Notes: generated by a model not told the origin, from the sequence alone. 64,000 nucleotides of DNA from an uncultured Clostridia bacterium (GCA_945871105.1 CAMBUO010000002.1:19662-83661), one strand, 5' to 3'; counted from the first letter of the stretch, positions 20,278 to 29,073 are shown. Numbers and translations are program-made.

Positions 20278-21267
20278 TTAATTTGGATTAGTAGATAATT
20301 GTAAATTTAAAGATATTTCTCCAACGGACGCATTATTTTCACAATCAACATCTTGACCTTCTAACCACATATAAACTCTTATTTTTGTTACTCCTTGATT
20401 AATAGAAAATACTTCTATATTTTCTTGAAAATTATTTTTCGTATAATAAGCTACGTTTACATTATCAAAATAAGTAGGATAATTATTCTTATTAGCTTTA
20501 TTAATTGATATTTTCAAATTATTTGGTATTTCTTGTTTAATACCATCATAAGGAACTGGATTAGAATTATTGGTAATATCAATTCCATACACATCTCTAG
20601 CATTACTAATTCCATATTCTGTATGGGTATCATAATTTGGTTCCCAAATGTAAACATCTTGATTATTATTAGTTTTCATTCCTTGCATCGTTTGAAGATC
20701 AGTACTTTGGGTACTACCTTCAATAACAAAGGCAAAACGAGTGGCATTTTCAATACCAACAGATCTATCTTTATAAGTTGCTCCAGAATCAGTTGTTAAA
20801 TATAAACTAGTTGGAGCATAAGTTTTAAGAAAAATATCAAAAGCTAAATATTTTTTATCACTATATTCAAATAAACTTCTTTCTTCTATTGTTTTAGTAG
20901 CCGTTAAATTATATTTATCGTTATAAATAGGATCATTTTCTGCTACTCCATAAAACATATCTAATAAGCCATTTGAAACATTACCAACTGTTGAAACCGG
21001 TTCTAAAACATTAGGTAATTGATTAATATTTTGGGGGTATTCATCAATAGCATTAGCTAAATCTAAAATACTTAAAACTGATTTCCAATTAGTTGCATCA
21101 CTTGATATCGATATACCATTTTGAGCTCTTATTTCAACATCCATTAAACCAATTGATACTAATCTATTAGATGTAAACCAAGCATAAGAAGAAGTACCTA
21201 AACTAATACCCAATACAAATAACCAAATTAAGAGAAAAAATAAACGATATTTTTTATTTTTATTCAT
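20278..21267 (-). CDS. Secreted protein with SipW-type signal peptide (AWFTSN family, W-x-EGxDxDCEN C-terminal motif)
   Basis: Start refined to MNKNKKYRLFF. The signal peptide ends in GTSSYAWFTSN. C-terminal motif VYMWLEGQDVDCENNASVGEISLNLQLS. About 45% identical by eye to 29177-30223. Confidence 0.65.
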   Translation of the reverse strand: MNKNKKYRLFFLLIWLFVLGISLGTSSYAWFTSNRLVSIGLMDVEIRAQNGISISSDATNWKSVLSILDLANAIDEYPQNINQLPNVLEPVSTVGNVSNGLLDMFYGVAENDPIYNDKYNLTATKTIEERSLFEYSDKKYLAFDIFLKTYAPTSLYLTTDSGATYKDRSVGIENATRFAFVIEGSTQSTDLQTMQGMKTNNNQDVYIWEPNYDTHTEYGISNARDVYGIDITNNSNPVPYDGIKQEIPNNLKISINKANKNNYPTYFDNVNVAYYTKNNFQENIEVFSINQGVTKIRVYMWLEGQDVDCENNASVGEISLNLQLSTNPN

Positions 21268-21982
21268 TTTTAACACCTTCTTGTTCTTTATGTTCTTCAC
21301 GAATTTCCATATGCATTTTAATTTCTCCACCAATTAAAGCATCAACACAATCTGGATCATCACCTTCTAACCAAATAACAACTGTAAATTTATCCTTATC
21401 ACTTGGTTTAAAATCTTTTCTTTGTTCTAAAATAATTTCTTTTTCTTTATTATCTAAAAAAACTTTTGTATCTTTCTCAGCTTCTTTAGTAGATGAGTTT
21501 ACTTTGGCATATATTTCTTTTTCTCCATTTAAATAAATCATTACTCGAACTGCTTCATCAACATTTTTAATAACATCATCAATAATAATTGAATACCAGT
21601 AATTAATATTTCTTTCACCTTTATTTTCTAGATAAAAAGTATAAGCAATATAATTTTCTCCATTATGTGATCCATCTTTTTCATTATCAATATCTTTTGG
21701 TAACCAATCAATTGAAATATTATCTAAAAAATCAATATTTTCAGCGTATAATTTACGAGTCTGATCATTTTGAAACTCTTCTGTTTCATATAAAATTATT
21801 CCACTTTTAAGAGCAAAATTATTATCCAAAGTTACTGTAAAACGACCACCATTATAAACTATACTTAAAATAATAAAAGAAAATATTAAAATTAATAAAA
21901 TAATAAATACTATTAATTTAGTTCTTTTATAAAACTTTTTACGTTTTTTAATCTTATCAGCTGTTATAACTACTTCTTTCAT
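21260..21982 (-). CDS. Membrane-anchored/secreted protein, distant member of the W-x-EGxDxDC family (first gene of module A)
   Basis: N-terminal basic stretch plus a TM helix (LIVFIILLILIFSFIILSIV). C-terminal VVIWLEGDDPDCVDALIGGEIKMHMEI parallels the motif in 20278-21267 and 29177-30223. Confidence 0.6.
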   Translation of the reverse strand: MKEVVITADKIKKRKKFYKRTKLIVFIILLILIFSFIILSIVYNGGRFTVTLDNNFALKSGIILYETEEFQNDQTRKLYAENIDFLDNISIDWLPKDIDNEKDGSHNGENYIAYTFYLENKGERNINYWYSIIIDDVIKNVDEAVRVMIYLNGEKEIYAKVNSSTKEAEKDTKVFLDNKEKEIILEQRKDFKPSDKDKFTVVIWLEGDDPDCVDALIGGEIKMHMEIREEHKEQEGVKNE

Positions 21983-22087
21983 ATCTTCTCCTTACTATAA
22001 TTCTATCATAGGTAATAATTATCTTCAATTAGTTTTAAAAAAATAATCTAAATAAGTGTCAAGTGTTAAAAAAATATTTTTCTTTTA

Positions 22088-22116
22088 TTGTTTACAACTA
22101 ACCTTTATGCTATAAT
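22088..22116 (+). promoter_or_regulatory. Putative sigma-A promoter with extended -10
   Basis: TTGTTT, 17-nt spacer, (TGc)TATAAT, located 19 nt upstream of the ATG at 22135. GGTGG SD in between. Confidence 0.5.
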
Positions 22117-22134
22117 TTTTATAGTAGGTGGATT

Positions 22135-22707
22135 ATGAAAAAGAAAATAATTATGGTATTAGCATTTACTTCTTTATTAATATCCTTTTGTTTTATAGGA
22201 GAATCATATGCTAAATATGTTACAACCATAGATAATGTTGCGTCGATGTCGGTTGCTAGATGGCGAATTTTAGTTAATAACAAAGATATTTTAAATGAAA
22301 GTGAAGCTAGGCAAATAATTACTCCTGTTTTTTATGAAAATGAACATATTAATGCAAATGTTATAGCTCCTACTAGTAAAGGATATTTTGATTTAATTTT
22401 AGATGCAACCGGAGCTGATGTTTCTTTTAATTATACAATTTCAACTTCTTTAAATGCTGATAGTGCTGTTTCAGATTTAAAAATAACTGGTTATACCTTA
22501 AATGAAGGTGAAGTTATAGCTATAACTGACGGTACTTTAATTACTGGTCAAATTTTATATACTGATAATAAGATTCATAATTTAAGAGTTTTTATTGAAT
22601 GGAGTGATACAGAAACAGATACAATGGATAATCAAGCTGATACCAATGCTAGAAATAAGCTTGCAAAATTAGATGTTAATTTACACTTTGTTCAAATTGC
22701 TAATTGA
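22135..22707 (+). CDS. Secreted TasA/camelysin-like protein with SipW-type signal peptide (only plus-strand gene of the cluster)
   Basis: Signal peptide ends in ...GESYAKYVTTID, then ARWRILVNN. C-terminal strand LDVNLHFVQIAN. Paralogue of 9210-9818. Confidence 0.6.
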   Translation: MKKKIIMVLAFTSLLISFCFIGESYAKYVTTIDNVASMSVARWRILVNNKDILNESEARQIITPVFYENEHINANVIAPTSKGYFDLILDATGADVSFNYTISTSLNADSAVSDLKITGYTLNEGEVIAITDGTLITGQILYTDNKIHNLRVFIEWSDTETDTMDNQADTNARNKLAKLDVNLHFVQIAN

Positions 22708-22729
22708 TTAGTTAAACTAATCTTTTTTT
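22706..22729 (+). terminator. Rho-independent terminator
   Basis: GATTAG-ttaaa-CTAATC followed by T7, overlapping the stop codon. Confidence 0.55.
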
Positions 22730-22732
22730 ATA

Positions 22733-22762
22733 AAAAGATTCAAATGAAAATTGAATCTTTTT
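22733..22762 (-). terminator. Hairpin terminator for module B (A/T flanked, could act in both directions)
   Basis: AAGATTCAA-atgaaaa-TTGAATCTT flanked by an A-run and a T-run, 3 nt downstream of the stop of the 22765-23388 gene. Confidence 0.55.
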
Positions 22763-22764
22763 AC

Positions 22765-23388
22765 TTAATTATTAGCTTGAATAGCTGTAACTTTAATAAC
22801 TAAAGTTATACTTTTACTATCTGGATTATTCTCGTGATAGATATAAGCTTTATGACCCCATTCAGTATCCAATTCATCATTACCTGACTCATAAGGCCAA
22901 ACTAAACTAAAATTAATTTGAGCAGTTCCACCATTTGCTACCATGTTACCATTTTCAATTGTTACTTTTAGTTTAAATGGATAATCATTTTCAATTTTTC
23001 TAGTAAGTTCATCGCTAGTTAAAGTATCAGAAACGACAAATTCTTCCCCTAAAATTGAAGCACTTACTATTTCATAACTTAAAGTAGCTGGAGTATCACT
23101 ATTATTAGTAGCTTTAATAGTTTGAAAAGAATCAGTCATACCTGGATAAACTGATTCAACATCAAAAGTTAAGGTTTCCTCAATATTATTATCACCAACG
23201 ATAAAATTAACATTCCATGACCTGACATGAGCTGTAATATTATTAGAAACTTTCGTAGCATAAATAAACCAAGCAAAAGAATTGCAAGACATTAAAATAG
23301 CTAAGAACAAAAGATTTCTTAATTTAATTCTTTTAAATAATTTTTGAAAGAAAATCCAAATATAAGACAATTTATTTTTTGGTTTCAA
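22765..23388 (-). CDS. Secreted TasA/camelysin-like protein with SipW-type signal peptide (module B, last gene)
   Basis: Signal anchor ends in ...SCNSFAWFIYATKV, then RSWNVNFIVGDNN. C-terminal strand ITLVIKVTAIQANN. Confidence 0.6.
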   Translation of the reverse strand: MKPKNKLSYIWIFFQKLFKRIKLRNLLFLAILMSCNSFAWFIYATKVSNNITAHVRSWNVNFIVGDNNIEETLTFDVESVYPGMTDSFQTIKATNNSDTPATLSYEIVSASILGEEFVVSDTLTSDELTRKIENDYPFKLKVTIENGNMVANGGTAQINFSLVWPYESGNDELDTEWGHKAYIYHENNPDSKSITLVIKVTAIQANN

Positions 23389-23412
23389 AAAATCACCCCT
23401 TTTTATAAAATA

Positions 23413-24060
23413 TTATTTCTTTTTTGGTATTGGTTCATCATCACATAGTATTTTTTTTTCTTTGGTATCTTCTTTTTTTTCTTTAGCTTCTTTTATTAAT
23501 TTTTTTTCTTTCATAATATCATTTATTTCAAAAAATAAAAGAATTGCAAAAGGAACAAAAATGATAAAATAAAACCCATAAGCATTATTTACAACATGAC
23601 TTAATAAACTAAGTAGAGTACTTTTTTTTAAAACTTTTCCTAAAATTTGATCATATTCTATTTCAGGATCTTCTACTTCATTAGCTAAACCTTTAGTTTG
23701 AAAAATATACTTACCATTTTTATATTCTTTTTTTATAACTTGGTGAGTAACAATTTTACCATTTAAATTAGACTCTTCACCTAAATAAACAACATCATCG
23801 CCAATTTTTATATCTTCTGCAACAACTTTTTTTGCAATTACCATATCTCTTATTTCATACTTTGGCACCATACTTTCACTGACAATAGTAAACATACTAT
23901 AACCAAATAAAGTTACTTTATTATCTGAAACCCTTTGAATAAAAATAATGGAAATAACAATTATTATTAAAGTAGATGTAATTGCTTTTAAACCAACAGC
24001 TATACCCTTAAATACTTTATTATTTATTATTTTTTCTATTCTTTTCACTTTAATCACCAC
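23413..24060 (-). CDS. sipW: SipW-type (ER/archaeal-type) signal peptidase I
   Basis: TM helix, Ser box FTIVSESMVPKYEIRDMVIAKK, His box IVTHQV, TKGLANEVEDPE, C-terminal TM helix and a short Lys/Glu tail. GTG start; the exact start is ambiguous (24060 or 24048). Overlaps the stop of the upstream gene. Confidence 0.75.
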   Translation of the reverse strand: MVIKVKRIEKIINNKVFKGIAVGLKAITSTLIIIVISIIFIQRVSDNKVTLFGYSMFTIVSESMVPKYEIRDMVIAKKVVAEDIKIGDDVVYLGEESNLNGKIVTHQVIKKEYKNGKYIFQTKGLANEVEDPEIEYDQILGKVLKKSTLLSLLSHVVNNAYGFYFIIFVPFAILLFFEINDIMKEKKLIKEAKEKKEDTKEKKILCDDEPIPKKK

Positions 24061-25178
24061 TACAATTTTATACTTCGAATTAAATTCAAGTATTCATCCA
24101 TATTCTTTTTAAATATTTTATATATTTCTTTATCATTAACAACTGTTTTATATTTAACAATACTATATTGTTTAGAGACAATATCTTTTAACTCTTCTTC
24201 TTTTAAATTACCTCCACTTAAATCCATAATTTTGGAAACCATATTAGAAACAATTTTTTCTGTTATCTCTTTTTTATCAGTTGTTTTTTCTTCATTACTT
24301 AAGGTATCTAAAACTAAATAATTTAAAAGAAAAGATTCATCCATGTATTTTTTTAAAGTACCAGTATCGTTATAATCTTTAGAATCATGACTTTTCTTAA
24401 TACCATCATCCATATTTTCTTGCATATAATTCCATAGCTTAACTGCATATTGAAAGTTAACATTTTTTAAAATAACATTAGTTTTTTTAATAGGAGAAGT
24501 TACTAGAGCAATATGTAATTTATGAATATCTTGATATACTTGCGAACAAGTTAAATCAGATATTTGTAATTCTAATCTTTCTATTCTTTTTAAAACATCT
24601 AAACCAGCTTCATTTTTATTAGCATTTTTTTCTTCTCTTTTACTATCTAACATAAGTTGTAGATTAACATGCTCAGATCCCATTTTACAATTTGCTGTAT
24701 AATTTATGCTTTTATTATCTTTTAAACTTGATTCAGTTATTAAATTTCTTTTTTTACGAGCTATATAAAATTTCATATTTTGAATTAAACTATAAATAAA
24801 ACGATTTTCATAAGTATTATAACTTTCTTCTTTATTTATATTTAATATTTTTGAAGGTTTAACATCTCCTGTTTTTTTATTATAATCTTGGATTAAATTA
24901 GTATTTCTTGATAAATGTTTAATACTTTCAACTGTAACTCTTCTAGCTAATTCTATTTTTACAACATCTTCTTCATTGACAATAAAACGATTCGGATTTC
25001 TTAAAATATTATCAATATAACGAATAGTATCTTCCATAATATCTAACCATTCATAGTTGCATTCAACTTTATCGTATTTACTAGTTACGTGTACATTTGA
25101 ATCTATTTTATTACTAAAAGAATCAATTGTTTTGCTGTTAGTTTGTTGATATAAATCAAATATTGTTAAATCATCCAT
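24060..25178 (-). CDS. McrC N-terminal/DUF2357-like protein with no recognisable nuclease domain
   Basis: 372 aa and cytoplasmic. The YNTYENRFIYSLIQNM motif resembles the conserved block of DUF2357/McrC-like partners of McrB ATPases. I found no PD-(D/E)xK-like D...(D/E)xK block in the C-terminal half. Confidence 0.45.
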   Translation of the reverse strand: MDDLTIFDLYQQTNSKTIDSFSNKIDSNVHVTSKYDKVECNYEWLDIMEDTIRYIDNILRNPNRFIVNEEDVVKIELARRVTVESIKHLSRNTNLIQDYNKKTGDVKPSKILNINKEESYNTYENRFIYSLIQNMKFYIARKKRNLITESSLKDNKSINYTANCKMGSEHVNLQLMLDSKREEKNANKNEAGLDVLKRIERLELQISDLTCSQVYQDIHKLHIALVTSPIKKTNVILKNVNFQYAVKLWNYMQENMDDGIKKSHDSKDYNDTGTLKKYMDESFLLNYLVLDTLSNEEKTTDKKEITEKIVSNMVSKIMDLSGGNLKEEELKDIVSKQYSIVKYKTVVNDKEIYKIFKKNMDEYLNLIRSIKL

Positions 25179-25190
25179 ATTTATCCCTTT

Positions 25191-26717
25191 CTATGTTAAT
25201 TTCTTAAGTCTTAGTAAGTATTCTTCACATTCTTTCATTTTTCCTTTTCCAAATAACTTATCTAAGAATTCAATATAACCATCTATTTCATCACGAATAT
25301 AGGAAATATTTAATTGTTCAAATTTTCTTAAGACTTTTCTAGCTAAGAAATAATCGACGCCATCAACTTCATCACCACCACAGGCAACATAAATAGGAAC
25401 AAATTTTTTCATATGCATAACAATACGGTTACCAAAGGCAATTCTAAAGTGTTTAATAACATAATTATCCATTTCTTCTATTTTATTTAAAACGTCTTCA
25501 GACATAGGATGTTCTTTAAAAGCTTCTTGAAATAATTTATCAAGATAAGAATAGTTAATATCTTGAGCTTCGGTTTCTATTGGTTCAAAGACTTGACCTT
25601 TATCGTTGATATCAATAGGCATAGCTCTATCGTATACTTTATCGGTTACCATGAAAGTTGAATCATCGTTATTGATAGTTCCAATATACCAAACATTAGG
25701 TGGTATTTTTATTTTACCTTCGATAATATGTTTAGGATCGTTTTTCCAAGAAGAAGATACAAGTTCAACAATCCATTCATCTTTATTAGGCATTTCAAGA
25801 ATTGATAACATTTCAGCAAAGTAATACTCAACACGAGAAATGTTCATTTCATCTAAAATAATAGTATAAACATCATCGGTATAACCAGCTAAATATAACT
25901 CTTTTAATACTTCCGTTTCATTAAATTTCTTTGTAAATTCATTAAAATAACCAAATAATTCGGTACGATCTCTCCACGATGGTTGAACAGAAGCAACACA
26001 AGAATCATGCTTTAAAAATTTTCCCCAAGCATAAGCAAGTGAAGTTTTACCAGTACCAGAAATACCTTGTAAAATAACCAGTTTTGTTGAAGCTAAAGCC
26101 GAGATAAATATTCTTATCATTTCTGTTTTATAATAAAGATGTAATTTACTAGCAGCAAAGTTTCTAAATAATTCTACTAATTCAGCCAAAGTAAAATTAT
26201 TATTATAGTTTTGAATTTTATAGTTTTTATAAGCTTCATCAATACTTGTAAGTTTAGAAAATCTTGAATCACTAGTATCAACTTTTTCTTCTTGTTCACC
26301 ACTTGCTTCTTCTACATCTTCTTCTCCTGGTTTAAGTCCTAAATGAGAAACTTTCATAGCTAAAATATCTTGCTTTTCTTTCATTAAATTAGCAACTTCT
26401 TGATTTAAAGTAGAAACTTCTTCTAATAAAGATTCTTGTTCGACTAAAGTCTTACGAAAACGTATATATTTTCTGATAATAAAATACCCTAAGAAAATAA
26501 TACCGGCTAGAACTAATACAATCAAAAGAATTGCTAAAGCAACAAACACCCATTCAGCTCCATTAAAATCATCTTTATAGAAATTAACAATAGAAATGTA
26601 TTCAGATACATTAAACATCTTTGTAATTCCTATAAATAAAGCTTTAAAAACATCAATTAAAGGTGAAAAAAATTGTAATAAAAATTCATATATAAATCTA
26701 AAAAATGTATCCATCAT
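25191..26717 (-). CDS. Membrane-anchored McrB-family AAA+ (AAA_5) NTPase
   Basis: N-terminal ~85 aa contain hydrophobic helices (FSPLIDVFKALFIGI; WVFVALAILLIVLVLAGIIFLGYFII), followed by a coiled coil and an acidic linker. The AAA+ core has Walker A LQGISGTGKTS, Walker B TIILDEMN, and WYIGTINNDDS...VYDRAMPI, as in McrB-type GTPases. Confidence 0.7.
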   Translation of the reverse strand: MMDTFFRFIYEFLLQFFSPLIDVFKALFIGITKMFNVSEYISIVNFYKDDFNGAEWVFVALAILLIVLVLAGIIFLGYFIIRKYIRFRKTLVEQESLLEEVSTLNQEVANLMKEKQDILAMKVSHLGLKPGEEDVEEASGEQEEKVDTSDSRFSKLTSIDEAYKNYKIQNYNNNFTLAELVELFRNFAASKLHLYYKTEMIRIFISALASTKLVILQGISGTGKTSLAYAWGKFLKHDSCVASVQPSWRDRTELFGYFNEFTKKFNETEVLKELYLAGYTDDVYTIILDEMNISRVEYYFAEMLSILEMPNKDEWIVELVSSSWKNDPKHIIEGKIKIPPNVWYIGTINNDDSTFMVTDKVYDRAMPIDINDKGQVFEPIETEAQDINYSYLDKLFQEAFKEHPMSEDVLNKIEEMDNYVIKHFRIAFGNRIVMHMKKFVPIYVACGGDEVDGVDYFLARKVLRKFEQLNISYIRDEIDGYIEFLDKLFGKGKMKECEEYLLRLKKLT

Positions 26718-27235
26718 TTACTCCTTAACAAAACATTACAATTCAAAGAATTATAATAAGTAAATAATTCTTGATTAGTAACTAATATAGCATCAAATAA
26801 TTCAAATCTTTTAATTTCTATATCATCAAATTCATATTTATCTTGAAAACAGATAACAAAATGAAAACCATCTTGAATTAAATCAATAATGTAATCTTTA
26901 TATTCTAAATAAAGATTATAATCAAATTCAATTAAAAACCTATCTTTTAAAATATCATTATCAATTAAATTTAAAAAACGTTTATTCTTATCTTCTTTAC
27001 TTAATAAAGTTATAGGATAAGTAACAATATATTTATTTTTAAAATCATAATTAATAAGACCATTTAAAACTTTTAAAGTAATTAAATTATAAAGAATAAA
27101 CATCTTCTGTTCATTAATAACTTCTGAGTTATAAACTCTTTTAATAGCAAAATTACTATAAATACTTGGAAAATTTATATTATATTCTAAAGTAGTATAA
27201 TAAATTTTATTATTAAGTTTTTCATATTTAACCAT
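26714..27235 (-). CDS. Hypothetical cytoplasmic protein (173 aa)
   Basis: ORF whose stop overlaps the start of the McrB-like gene by 4 nt. No SD before the ATG, and the frame stays open 40 codons upstream. No reliable domain call. Confidence 0.45.
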   Translation of the reverse strand: MVKYEKLNNKIYYTTLEYNINFPSIYSNFAIKRVYNSEVINEQKMFILYNLITLKVLNGLINYDFKNKYIVTYPITLLSKEDKNKRFLNLIDNDILKDRFLIEFDYNLYLEYKDYIIDLIQDGFHFVICFQDKYEFDDIEIKRFELFDAILVTNQELFTYYNSLNCNVLLRSK

Positions 27236-27321
27236 GAATTTATTAGTTTTAAAACTTTTTAAATAATTAATTCTTCTTTTTTTATTATCATGAACTAAAG
27301 TAATTAATTCTTCTTTAGTAT

Positions 27322-27657
27322 CTAGTTCTTTGTTATATAACTTATAATATATATTTCATCTTGAATATTATCAAGAATTAAAATATTATAAACTAAATTA
27401 TTTAATAACTTAAATTGTTTTTGATCATATTTAGAAAAACTAATAAATTCTTTTAAATTATTTTTTAAATTATTATTAATTGATTGTTTAATTTGTAAAT
27501 TATTTTCATTATAATAGTTATAATATCTAATCTCATGATATTTTTTTATAATAACTTGGATATCTTTGATTTTTAACTTATTTTTAAAGATTAATTTAAA
27601 ATATTTTGTTAAAGTTTTGGAAGAAAAATCAAGATATTTTTCAATTATATTATTCAT
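27322..27657 (-). CDS. Hypothetical cytoplasmic protein (111 aa)
   Basis: ORF starting 8 nt after the stop of 27666-28574, with GGAGG SD. Lys/Asn-rich. No domain recognised. Confidence 0.45.
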   Translation of the reverse strand: MNNIIEKYLDFSSKTLTKYFKLIFKNKLKIKDIQVIIKKYHEIRYYNYYNENNLQIKQSINNNLKNNLKEFISFSKYDQKQFKLLNNLVYNILILDNIQDEIYIISYITKN

Positions 27658-27665
27658 GGAACCTC

Positions 27666-28574
27666 CTAACTTTGGAATGTTATAATCGATGTTGGATTAG
27701 TAATTGGATAAGTATAATTTTGACTAGTATCTACTTTATAAAATTTTACTACTTCACTGGATATAGCATCTATTTTAAAAGTAATACTATTAACGTATTG
27801 ATAATTATTAATAGTTGTTAATGTTTCATTTGTCTTTTTTAAATAAGCAGGACTAGTCATATCAAGAGCAACAATAGTTGGATCAAAAGTTAAAGTAATT
27901 AGAGCCGACGTACATTTATTTTTTTGCTCGTCTGTTAAAGTTAGATAAGTATCTACATTTATTTTATCTCCTACTTGATAAGTATCAAAAGCTTCATCAA
28001 CTAAATAATAATCTAAAGTATTAGTTATATTAAAATTTAAATAAGGACTACCTACTTCATCATCAATTGCATAAGATAAGCCACTATAACCTACATTTAA
28101 TATAAAACGAGCACTTATTTCTTTTTTATAAGGACTAGTTGATTTAGCTTTAACTTCTAAAAAAGCACTATCACCTTCAGATAAAGTTCCATTAGGAGTA
28201 ATTACAGCTTGAAATGAATCATGATTAGTTGAAGATAAAACTGTACCAGAAGACTTAGATAATTGACATGTAACATTACTAGAACATACATAAGTTAATT
28301 CATAAGCAATATCATATGGACAAGTTTCATAATTATTTAAATAACTATTTAAATCTATTAGAATGCTATATTCTGAAACTGCTGACCAGTTCTCAATTTG
28401 ATAAATTGGCCTGTTAAGATCTAATTTATCACTATTAAAATAAAACTTTTTGGTTAATAAATAACGCTCATTAATAGCATTATAAATATATCTACCATAA
28501 GTAACGCCAATTAAAAGAAAAGTTAAAGAAATAGAAATAATAATAGGAACAATAATTTTTTTATTTTTTTTCAT
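27666..28574 (-). CDS. Secreted beta-rich protein with SipW-type signal peptide (302 aa)
   Basis: Signal anchor IIVPIIISISLTFLLIGVTYGRYIYNAI. Overlaps the upstream pseudo-peptidase gene by 14 nt, the same coupling seen in module A. Confidence 0.6.
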   Translation of the reverse strand: MKKNKKIIVPIIISISLTFLLIGVTYGRYIYNAINERYLLTKKFYFNSDKLDLNRPIYQIENWSAVSEYSILIDLNSYLNNYETCPYDIAYELTYVCSSNVTCQLSKSSGTVLSSTNHDSFQAVITPNGTLSEGDSAFLEVKAKSTSPYKKEISARFILNVGYSGLSYAIDDEVGSPYLNFNITNTLDYYLVDEAFDTYQVGDKINVDTYLTLTDEQKNKCTSALITLTFDPTIVALDMTSPAYLKKTNETLTTINNYQYVNSITFKIDAISSEVVKFYKVDTSQNYTYPITNPTSIITFQS

Positions 28575-29073
28575 GTTTCTTTTTCCTAACTTCCGTAATA
28601 AATAAATATAATTCTAAGATAAATAATATTAAAATAGGTAAAATAATTAAAAATAAGTATCCCCATTTAGAAGTTAAAACACTAATAATTCCACCTAGAA
28701 AAGCAATACTTTTTACATCTTTTTGATTACCAATAACATAGTTATCTAAAATATGATAACTAGAACTACCTACAATAAAAGTTTTAGGATTATCAATAAT
28801 ATCAGCTACTTTATTACTTTCTATTACAATATCACTGGAATAAGTATTATAATAAATTATTTTATCCCCTACTTTTATGTTATCAATATTTTTTTTAACA
28901 ATTAATAAACTATTCCTTGAATAACCTGATAAATCAGTTTTTTTAGGAACTAATAAAGTATTATTACCAATAACGGTTACTCCATAATCATTATAATTAA
29001 TCAATAAAATTGTAATTGGAATTGTAATTATTACATAAAATACAATCAAAATATTAACTATCATTCTCTTCAT
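28561..29073 (-). CDS. Catalytically degenerate SipW-like pseudo-peptidase (paralogue of 9808-10341)
   Basis: N-TM and C-TM layout. NYNDYG and SKWGYLFLIILPILILF are shared with 9808-10341. The Ser-box position reads VPKKTDLSGYSRNSLLIV (no GSMxP), and the His box is absent (KVADIID). Confidence 0.6.
   Translation of the reverse strand: MKRMIVNILIVFYVIITIPITILLINYNDYGVTVIGNNTLLVPKKTDLSGYSRNSLLIVKKNIDNIKVGDKIIYYNTYSSDIVIESNKVADIIDNPKTFIVGSSSYHILDNYVIGNQKDVKSIAFLGGIISVLTSKWGYLFLIILPILILFILELYLFITEVRKKKHEKK

Noticed and set aside
24060-26717. Reading the McrB-like/DUF2357-like pair as an ordinary McrBC type IV restriction system.
   Set aside because: The ATPase has TM helices instead of a DNA-binding N-domain. 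I could find no PD-(D/E)xK motif in the partner, and the genes are translationally coupled to sipW. It is kept as a finding with alternative hypotheses rather than called as McrBC.
26714-27235. Weak resemblance of the 173-aa protein (LIQDGFHFVICFQDKYEFDDIEIKRFELFDAILV) to the DDFGTG...KID part of EAL domains.
   Set aside because: Only a short pattern matches. The catalytic EAL/EVTE residues were not found, and the protein is too short for a full EAL domain. The resemblance cannot be supported without a profile search.
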